DNA of 34,824 nucleotides from Escherichia phage vB_EcoM-720R8: the sequence record ON470606, one strand, 5' to 3'. The notes under the pieces were generated by a model, which worked only from the letters and a program-made list of their open reading frames with translations, did no database searches and had not been told where the DNA came from. The stretch's first letter is position 1; every line of letters starts with the position of its first letter. Shown piece by piece: positions 18,339-26,038 of the stretch. The position numbers and the translations under genes are program-made.

Positions 18339-19402
18339 TTACGCTCCCGGCTCTGCGGTCGCCTTAGCCGGTGTGGAGAAATCACCGACCTTAATTTTTT
18401 CCACCAGACAACCGGCGGCGTAGTCTTCCACCACGTAATCAATGTTCATTGACTCGTAGTTCTCCACGCGGTCGAGTTTCGGGTTTTCCACAATCACGCG
18501 GCGATGGCTGTCATCCATGTAGTAGATGGACAGGTTTTCCAGCTTCGTGATGAGCATCGCATCCGCCGGGAAGTACGGGACGCGTACCGCCGGCAGGTTA
18601 CCGATGCGTTTCTGGCTGATGATGACGTCAGCGGCCAGCATCTCGCTGTTGTCCTGCTCCCTGTTGACGATGGGGAAATACTTGTCCGCCAGTAGCTGAC
18701 GCCCCACAATCACCACAAGGTCAGGGTCTTCCTGATACCACGGCTCAATCAGGTTGTTGGTCGCATCCATCACCAGTGCATCGAGGCTGGCATAATCACC
18801 ACCCTTACCCACGCGGATGACCTCAGAGGTCGTGTGACCTTCCTCGTCAGTAACCTTGCTCATCACGCGCGCCGGGGCTTCATTGCGGTATTTCTGCAGC
18901 CAGCCGACCGCCACATCCTGCAGCATCTGGTTACTGCTGCGGTCAGAGGNNNNNNNNNNCGTTAAAACCGGCCATGATGAAATCAAGGGACTGGCGTTTG
19001 ATAATGGCGTTACGGACACGGAGCTGGAAATCCTGATAACGCGCCCACAGGTCCAGCGTTTTGTAGCGGATATAAAAATCGAAGTTAATCTGGTCGCATT
19101 CGTACTTGTTTGACGCCAGCTTCGAGAAGTCCTTCGGCTGACGCTCGGTGCCACCGGCGGTGTCGGTGGTGCTGGCGATGGNNNNNNNNNNCGATGCCAA
19201 TTTTTTCCCCTTTCATTTCGCTGACCGGCACAATGTTGATGCGGGTCAGAAAGTCAGAGGACTCCTGCATGGTGTTCATCAGGGTCTGGGTGACCGACGG
19301 TTCAACGGTGAATTTTTTCGACACATCACCGGCGTCGATGCCGTTCAGTTCGGCAACACGGGACAGGTAAGCATTAAATTTAAAGCGGGTTTCCTGGCGC
19401 AT
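18339..19402 (-). CDS. N: Major capsid protein N (interrupted by two 10-N gaps at 18950..18959 and 19182..19191)
   Basis: N-terminal fragment (ORF 19085..19402, MRQETRFKFNAYLSRVAELNG...) and C-terminal fragment (ORF 18339..19154) are the same gene split by N-runs; span is not a multiple of 3, so gap lengths are inexact. Confidence 0.75.
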
Positions 19403-19460
19403 AGTTTTTCCTGAAATTAAGGGTTAATCGTGAAGGTTTTCCCGGACTGACTGACGCCGG

Positions 19461-20315
19461 TCAGCAGTTCGTCATCAGGGCGTCACCGCCACCACCGGTG
19501 GCCTTGCTGCGGCGCTGCTGGGTCAGACTTTCGGTGTGGTCGAGACTGTTTTTCAGGCGGGTGAATGCCTGGCTGGTTTCATCCGTCCTGTCAGTCACCT
19601 CCTGCTTAAGTGCGGAAAAGGCGGTTTCCATCTCAGAGAGGCGCTGCTCAGTGGCGCTCAGTTTTTCCTGCACATGTTCAGCAACAGCGGTCACCGCTTC
19701 ATGCACGTCATTCAGACGGGCGTCATCGCTGGCCTGTTTGCGGCCAAAAATGGATTTCACCTTTTCGGTCAGGGCGGTGAACACGGTTTCAGGCAGGTCT
19801 TCAAATTCCAGCTCAACAGGCGTTGCCACTGAAATCAGGTTTTCAGGGCTTAATTTGAAGCGGTTCAGGGGGTTGTGTTTTGCCGTGCGGCAGAATTCCA
19901 GGTATTCCGTGCCGAGGCTTGCCGGGTCATCGGTGACGGCCAGCCCCACCAGATAACATTTGCCGGTATTGGCAAAGTTCGGCTGAATTTCCATTGAGGT
20001 GTAGACTTTCTGCGCGGCCTTGTTCATCGCGATAAGGTCATCGGTCGGGGTGATTTTCGCAAACAGCGCCCATTTGCCTTTCAGCGCCGAATCGTCGTCA
20101 ATCTTTTCCGCCTTCAGTTCGGCCACATCGCCATAACGCTTAAAAATACCGTCAGGCAGGATGCCGCGCAGATGTTCCAGGTTAATGCGGCAACCATAGA
20201 CACGCGGGTCAAAGGTTTCGGCCATTTCCTGAATATCCTGCGCACTGATGACACGCCCGTCACAGGTGTCACCCTCAACGCCGATACGAAAGAATTTTGA
20301 GACTTTTTTTGCCAT
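19461..20315 (-). CDS. O: Capsid scaffolding protein O
   Basis: 284-aa product from the ATG at 20313..20315 (MAKKVSKFFRIGVEGDTCDGR...); the ORF-track entry starts 22 codons earlier. Confidence 0.85.
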   Translation of the reverse strand: MAKKVSKFFRIGVEGDTCDGRVISAQDIQEMAETFDPRVYGCRINLEHLRGILPDGIFKRYGDVAELKAEKIDDDSALKGKWALFAKITPTDDLIAMNKAAQKVYTSMEIQPNFANTGKCYLVGLAVTDDPASLGTEYLEFCRTAKHNPLNRFKLSPENLISVATPVELEFEDLPETVFTALTEKVKSIFGRKQASDDARLNDVHEAVTAVAEHVQEKLSATEQRLSEMETAFSALKQEVTDRTDETSQAFTRLKNSLDHTESLTQQRRSKATGGGGDALMTNC

Positions 20316-20488
20316 TGTCAGGAGTCCTGAATAGTGATTAGAGGAGTCACATGTCGGCATCAGTTTCCCGACGATGCGCATCCTCCGCCATCAGTCCCGG
20401 ATGGCTTATCACTGACACAACAGCACCTTAGCGAATCGCGGGGCGCGACTCAGTAGCCTTGCCGTGTATTCATCACGGCGAGGTATTC
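20316..20488. promoter_or_regulatory. Divergent late-promoter region between O (minus) and P (plus)
   Basis: Inferred from the divergent arrangement of the O and P operons as in P2; holds an imperfect TGG-N12-ACA dyad at 20402..20419. Promoters not mapped. Confidence 0.45.
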
Positions 20489-22261
20489 ATGACCATCACC
20501 ACAGACACCACTCTTTTACACGACCCGCGTCGTCAGGCGGCGCTGCTGTACTGGCAGGGGTTTTCCGTGCCGCAGATTGCCGCCATGTTGCAGATGAAAC
20601 GCCCGACGGTGCAGAGCTGGAAACAGCGCGACGGCTGGGACAGCGTTGCCCCCATCAGCCGTGTCGAAATGAGTCTGGAAGCGCGGCTGACCCAGCTCAT
20701 CATCAAACCGCAGAAAACCGGCGGTGACTTCAAGGAAATTGACCTGCTGGGACGCCAGATTGAACGACTGGCACGGGTAAACCGTTACAGTCAGACCGGC
20801 AACGAGGCAGACCTTAATCCGAACGTCGCTAACCGCAACAAAGGCGGGCGTCGCAAACCGAAAAAGAATTTTTTCAGTGACGAGGCCATCGAAAAGCTGG
20901 AGCAGATTTTCTTTGAGCAGTCTTTCGAATATCAGTTGCACTGGTATCGCGCCGGGCTTGAGCACCGCATCCGCGATATCCTGAAATCCCGCCAGATTGG
21001 CGCGACGTTTTATTTTTCCCGCGAGGCGCTGCTGCGCGCCCTGAAAACCGGCCATAACCAGATTTTTCTGTCGGCCAGTAAAACGCAGGCGTATGTGTTC
21101 CGCGAATACATCATCGCCTTTGCCCGGCTGGTTGACGTTGACCTGACCGGTGACCCGATTGTCCTGGGCAATAACGGCGCAAAACTGATTTTTCTCGGCA
21201 CCAACTCCAACACCGCGCAGAGCCATAACGGCGACCTGTACGTCGACGAGATTTTCTGGATCCCGAATTTTCAGGTACTGCGTAAGGTGGCATCAGGTAT
21301 GGCCTCACAGAGTCACCTGCGCTCGACCTATTTCTCCACCCCGTCCACGCTGGCGCACGACGCCTACCCGTTCTGGTCTGGTGAGCTGTTTAACCGGGGA
21401 CGCGCCAGCGCCGCTGAACGCGTGGAAATCGACGTCAGTCATAACGCCCTTGCCGGTGGGCTTCTCTGTGCGGACGGTCAGTGGCGGCAGATTGTCACCA
21501 TTGAGGACGCGCTGAAAGGCGGCTGCACGCTGTTCGACATTGAGCAGCTCAAACGTGAAAACAGCGCCGACGATTTTAAAAACCTGTTCATGTGTGAATT
21601 TGTTGACGACAAGGCGTCGGTGTTCCCGTTCGAGGAGCTGCAACGCTGCATGGTCGACACGCTGGAAGAATGGGAAGACTATGCGCCGTTTGCTGCCAAT
21701 CCGTTCGGCTCCCGCCCGGTATGGATTGGTTACGACCCGTCACACCGTGGCGACAGCGCCGGATGTGTGGTACTGGCACCGCCGGTGGTGGCCGGTGGCA
21801 AATTCAGAATACTTGAGCGTCACCAGTGGAAAGGCATGGACTTTGCCACTCAGGCGGAATCCATCCGCAAACTCACCGAAAAATACAACGTCGAATACAT
21901 CGGTATTGATGCCACCGGCCTCGGTGTCGGCGTGTTCCAGCTCGTGCGCTCGTTCTATCCCGCCGCGCGCGATATCCGCTACACGCCGGAAATGAAAACC
22001 GCAATGGTGCTCAAGGCAAAAGACGTTATCCGCCGTGGCTGTCTGGAATATGACGTCAGCGCCACCGACATCACCAGCTCGTTTATGGCTATCCGAAAGA
22101 CCATGACCAGCAGCGGACGCAGCGCCACCTATGAGGCCAGTCGCAGCGAGGAAGCCAGCCACGCCGACCTCGCCTGGGCGACCATGCACGCCCTGTTAAA
22201 TGAGCCACTCACCGCCGGTATCAGCACTCCGCTGACATCCACCATTCTGGAGTTTTACTGA
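20489..22261 (+). CDS. P: Terminase large (ATPase) subunit P
   Basis: 590-aa product from the ATG at 20489; the ORF-track entry starts at a TTG ten codons upstream. Stop overlaps the Q start (TGATG). Confidence 0.85.
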   Translation: MTITTDTTLLHDPRRQAALLYWQGFSVPQIAAMLQMKRPTVQSWKQRDGWDSVAPISRVEMSLEARLTQLIIKPQKTGGDFKEIDLLGRQIERLARVNRYSQTGNEADLNPNVANRNKGGRRKPKKNFFSDEAIEKLEQIFFEQSFEYQLHWYRAGLEHRIRDILKSRQIGATFYFSREALLRALKTGHNQIFLSASKTQAYVFREYIIAFARLVDVDLTGDPIVLGNNGAKLIFLGTNSNTAQSHNGDLYVDEIFWIPNFQVLRKVASGMASQSHLRSTYFSTPSTLAHDAYPFWSGELFNRGRASAAERVEIDVSHNALAGGLLCADGQWRQIVTIEDALKGGCTLFDIEQLKRENSADDFKNLFMCEFVDDKASVFPFEELQRCMVDTLEEWEDYAPFAANPFGSRPVWIGYDPSHRGDSAGCVVLAPPVVAGGKFRILERHQWKGMDFATQAESIRKLTEKYNVEYIGIDATGLGVGVFQLVRSFYPAARDIRYTPEMKTAMVLKAKDVIRRGCLEYDVSATDITSSFMAIRKTMTSSGRSATYEASRSEEASHADLAWATMHALLNEPLTAGISTPLTSTILEFY

Positions 22262-23295
22262 TGAGCAAGAAAAAAGGGAAAACACCGCGACCTGCGGCAA
22301 AAACAATCACCGCCAGCGCCCCGAAAATGGAGGCATTCACCTTTGGTGAGCCGGTGCCGGTACTCGACCGGCGTGACATTCTGGATTACGTCGAGTGCAT
22401 CAGTAACGGCAGATGGTATGAGCCACCGGTCAGCTTTACCGGTCTGGCAAAAAGCCTGCGTGCCGCCGTGCATCACAGCTCCCCGATTTACGTCAAACGC
22501 AATATTCTGGCCTCGACATTTATCCCGCATCCGTGGCTTTCCCAGCAGGATTTCAGCCGCTTTGTGCTGGATTTTCTGGTGTTCGGTAATGCGTTTCTGG
22601 AAAAGCGATACAGCACCACCGGTAAGGTCATCAGACTGGAAACCTCACCGGCCAAATATACCCGTCGTGGCGTGGAGGAGGATGTTTACTGGTGGGTGCC
22701 GTCCTTCAACGAGCCGACAGCCTTCGCGCCCGGCTCCGTGTTTCACCTGCTGGAGCCTGATATTAATCAGGAGCTGTACGGCCTGCCGGAATATCTCAGC
22801 GCCCTTAACTCTGCCTGGCTGAATGAGTCGGCCACGCTGTTCCGCCGCAAGTATTACGAAAACGGCGCTCATGCCGGATACATCATGTACGTCACCGATG
22901 CCGTGCAGGACCGCAACGATATCGAAATGCTTCGCGAAAACATGGTTAAGTCAAAAGGCCGCAATAACTTTAAAAATCTGTTTCTCTATGCCCCGCAGGG
23001 GAAAGCCGACGGCATTAAAATTATCCCGCTCAGTGAAGTGGCAACGAAGGACGATTTTTTTAATATCAAAAAAGCCAGCGCCGCTGACCTGCTGGACGCG
23101 CATCGCATCCCCTTTCAGTTGATGGGAGGCAAGCCGGAGAACGTCGGGTCGCTGGGTGATATTGAGAAAGTGGCAAAGGTCTTTGTCCGCAATGAGCTTA
23201 TCCCGTTACAGGACAGGATTCGGGAAATAAACGGCTGGCTCGGTCAGGAGGTCATCCGCTTTAAAAACTACTCACTGAACACTGACAACGACTGA
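22261..23295 (+). CDS. Q: Portal protein Q
   Basis: 344-aa ORF, ATG at 22261, translationally coupled to P. Confidence 0.9.
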   Translation: MSKKKGKTPRPAAKTITASAPKMEAFTFGEPVPVLDRRDILDYVECISNGRWYEPPVSFTGLAKSLRAAVHHSSPIYVKRNILASTFIPHPWLSQQDFSRFVLDFLVFGNAFLEKRYSTTGKVIRLETSPAKYTRRGVEEDVYWWVPSFNEPTAFAPGSVFHLLEPDINQELYGLPEYLSALNSAWLNESATLFRRKYYENGAHAGYIMYVTDAVQDRNDIEMLRENMVKSKGRNNFKNLFLYAPQGKADGIKIIPLSEVATKDDFFNIKKASAADLLDAHRIPFQLMGGKPENVGSLGDIEKVAKVFVRNELIPLQDRIREINGWLGQEVIRFKNYSLNTDND

Positions 23296-23300
23296 ACATT

Positions 23301-23322
23301 GCCGCCTGCGGGCGGCTTTTTT
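23301..23322 (+). terminator. Rho-independent terminator after Q
   Basis: GCCGCC-TGCG-GGCGGC hairpin followed by TTTTTT, 6 nt after the Q stop. Confidence 0.65.
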
Positions 23323-23464
23323 ACATCCCGTCATCACGCCCTCACACGCTCACCACCGCACAAAACACCCCGCAAACACACCAACGCCCCGGCGCACAAT
23401 CTAAACGCCGTCACGACGCGCTCAGACGCTGAAAAAATAAAATCAGCACCACCGCCAGCGCGCA

Positions 23465-23483
23465 GTGCTTTCCCCGCCTCGCC
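23465..23483. other. cos site (19-nt cohesive-end sequence, reverse complement of GGCGAGGCGGGGAAAGCAC)
   Basis: Exact match to the P2 cohesive-end sequence as I recall it; sits between Q and the tin/old-position cargo as expected. A 40-N gap follows at 23499..23538. Confidence 0.7.
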
Positions 23484-23751
23484 CGCCCGCTTCATGGGNN
23501 NNNNNNNNNNNNNNNNNNNNNNNNNNNNNNNNNNNNNNTGCAGTTACATAGATACTATGGATCCGCACCAGTCCTGACCGCACGCAGCCTGAACGGACAT
23601 CCCCGACGCATGCAAAAACATTCACTTGTTGCATGCAACGGCTTATTTAATGACAAATCAACTTAAATTTACAAAATCCACAGGTATGGATACTTTGCGA
23701 ACATGATAGGCTTACGAGAATTATCGTGCCTGTTTTTGAACGGAGAAAGTT

Positions 23752-24693
23752 ATGCAAGGTGAAGTTGACGAACAGCAACCAAATGAGATTATTTCGGAGT
23801 TTGGATACTATCCAGTAGAAGTTAACATTGAGACTGAACAATTTTCTTTGCGTACTTTACCCGGTCTTATTGAGAAAGTGGAACGTATTAACAATGATAA
23901 AAACGTTGTTAATGGTTGGATATACCCTGGGAATCGAAAGGTATATAACCTTAATGGTGACACATGCACAATGCCTTATAGTTACCGAGTATTCGGCATG
24001 CCCAAAACGCACACACTAAAATTAAAAAACACATCCTCGTTAGAAACTCTCAACTTTGTTGTGTGGTGCCTCTCTTTTTTCAAGGGTATAAGATTGACAA
24101 CCACTGACGCTGGTTTTCTTGATGCAACCACTATCAAGCCCACTAAGTTAACCGACTTTATTCTCGTTGGATGCTCTGAAAAAGAAGTAATAGAGCTAGC
24201 ACTTAACTATATAAAAGACAAACAAAAAGATGATCGCTCCATTAAAAGAATAGCTGCGGTGATACACTCCCTATTCCTGTCACATAACCCACTATACCTT
24301 TCCTTTGAGAAATTCCAGTATCTTTATATGGCTCTTGATTGCTGTTTTGCTATAGCATGGGATGAAAGGGATAAAGTCATTAAAGAGAAAAAACCATCTC
24401 ATCAAAATAGAGTATATTGGACGTGCGAAAATTACGGTGTAAAAATCCCGTCATGGGCAACAGATGAATGTAATGTTTCAGTTATACGCAATGATAATTT
24501 TCATGAAGCCATTTTTAATGGGCAACCGCTTGGTTTCTCTAGTATCAATGATTGTCAATATGGTAGCGATATATTGCTACAAATGCAGGCTCTGGTATGT
24601 CGTCTACTAGCGGCAATACTCTCTGTAAATGATCGTAAATATATCGCATCTACAATCAGCTCGATAGAGTACCATTCATTAAAATTAACTTAA
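23752..24693 (+). CDS. Hypothetical protein (313 aa), AT-rich accessory gene next to cos at the P2 old/tin hotspot; candidate defence or exclusion gene
   Basis: ATG at 23752 preceded by GGAG at 23742..23745; AT-rich; no Walker A motif, so not an OLD-family ATPase; no family recognised. Confidence 0.6.
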   Translation: MQGEVDEQQPNEIISEFGYYPVEVNIETEQFSLRTLPGLIEKVERINNDKNVVNGWIYPGNRKVYNLNGDTCTMPYSYRVFGMPKTHTLKLKNTSSLETLNFVVWCLSFFKGIRLTTTDAGFLDATTIKPTKLTDFILVGCSEKEVIELALNYIKDKQKDDRSIKRIAAVIHSLFLSHNPLYLSFEKFQYLYMALDCCFAIAWDERDKVIKEKKPSHQNRVYWTCENYGVKIPSWATDECNVSVIRNDNFHEAIFNGQPLGFSSINDCQYGSDILLQMQALVCRLLAAILSVNDRKYIASTISSIEYHSLKLT

Positions 24694-25012
24694 TGCTAAC
24701 GCCTCACTTCGCTCGTTGTTCAACCCCGCCAGCCTGAAAACAAGTTTCACGACTGGCGGCGTTCTCTATCGTCTGCGTGGTGGTGGCGCAACTCTGGACT
24801 GACCGATATAGTTAAACCGCCCGTAATTATCCCGGACTATTTCGGCACACCCGACCAGCTCGTCAGGCGTCAGATTTTCGTTGACCATAATCTGCTGTAA
24901 ACGGTGAACAATGGCCATCAACCTGACACTTTTGGTGTTATATGTGGTATCTCACATGAGATTACTGACCAAGGTGCATCTTGGTTGACTCATTTCATAT
25001 CCATCCACACCA

Positions 25013-25693
25013 CTACATCTTTATTGCATATTTATTAAAAGACGCCCAGTTCAATAAAAAAACATTATTCATATACCATTCAATATGATTTTTATTTTTA
25101 GATTGACTGTCAAGTAGCACACAAACATCAACCTGTTTATCAATCAATTTTGCAATATAAACCACAAACTCAACACTCGAATATCTCTTTGTGCCTAGCA
25201 AATATAATATTTCATCTGACAAATAATTAGACTCATGTGAAAAGACATTATCATTTAACAAAATCAACCCGCCAATCGAGTCATTTAAATCCAAAACATC
25301 CTTTGTTGCATTTATTTGCTTATTAGCTTCCTTAACTATCTTTGTTTTAATATTTTCATAAGCAAAGTTCATTATATCATTTCTAAATCGCTTTGAGTCT
25401 GGGTGTCTTTTTATCAACTCTTCTAAATGAATAGCACCATGCCAGTTTTTTGCAAGCCAACTATCAGTTTTAACCAACTCATTCAGTTTATCATTGACAT
25501 TCTTGACCCTGTCAGAAAAAAGACTTTTCATCTCCAAAATTATCTTTTTATTATCAATAAGATAATCTGCCATCTTGCGATTCTGACCATCCTTCATCCG
25601 GAACTTATGATGAATATCATCAATAGAAATCCCTTTTTCATGCTCAACAATGAATCTCTTAACATTGTTTTCTAATTCGCTGTATTGTTTCAT
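25013..25693 (-). CDS. Hypothetical protein (226 aa), AT-rich accessory gene at the P2 tin position; candidate defence or exclusion gene
   Basis: ATG at 25691..25693 with a purine-rich stretch upstream; 27 nt downstream of the DUF2158-like ORF on the same strand; no family recognised. Confidence 0.6.
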   Translation of the reverse strand: MKQYSELENNVKRFIVEHEKGISIDDIHHKFRMKDGQNRKMADYLIDNKKIILEMKSLFSDRVKNVNDKLNELVKTDSWLAKNWHGAIHLEELIKRHPDSKRFRNDIMNFAYENIKTKIVKEANKQINATKDVLDLNDSIGGLILLNDNVFSHESNYLSDEILYLLGTKRYSSVEFVVYIAKLIDKQVDVCVLLDSQSKNKNHIEWYMNNVFLLNWASFNKYAIKM

Positions 25694-25720
25694 ACTTTCC
25701 CCCGTGAATTTTATTATGAT

Positions 25721-25912
25721 TCACTTACGTGGACGACACAGCATACCACTTTTACTCTCTGCTATTTCCAGTAAATCAATGGAGAATGACTCCTCGTGCA
25801 AAACTCCTTCTTTATCATGCCAAATACATTTCGCATGAGTTTCAGTAGAGTCAGATACAGTCATTTTAAATCCACCGCTTTTCAAACAAACAACATCTGC
25901 AGGCTTTAACAT
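25721..25912 (-). CDS. Small DUF2158 / YodC-like protein (63 aa from the internal ATG)
   Basis: MLKPADVVCLKSGGFKMTVSDS...CIWHDKEG... fits the LKSGGP-MTV signature I associate with DUF2158; GGAGA sits 5 nt before the ATG at 25910..25912. The ORF-track entry runs to 25996. Confidence 0.55.
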   Translation of the reverse strand: MLKPADVVCLKSGGFKMTVSDSTETHAKCIWHDKEGVLHEESFSIDLLEIAESKSGMLCRPRK

Positions 25913-26038
25913 TTTTGTCTCCAACATTTTTAAGTAATGCATTATAACATAATGATATTGACGTAGATTTAATGCATGCAACCATATAAAAAACAATCAA
26001 TTACAGTCAAAACTACTTATACTGTATAGATGAGATCC

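Noticed and set aside
23299-23577. 92-aa plus-strand ORF running through the cos region and the 40-N gap
   Set aside because: It spans the cohesive-end site and an N-run and is a C/A-rich low-complexity translation; not a gene.
23752-24693. HEPN-like R-x4-H motif (RNDNFH) in the 313-aa cargo protein, and an R-x4-H (RSKALH) in the 375-aa Z-locus protein
   Set aside because: A single short R-x4-6-H match is expected by chance in proteins this size; without fold or profile support it is not evidence for a HEPN RNase.
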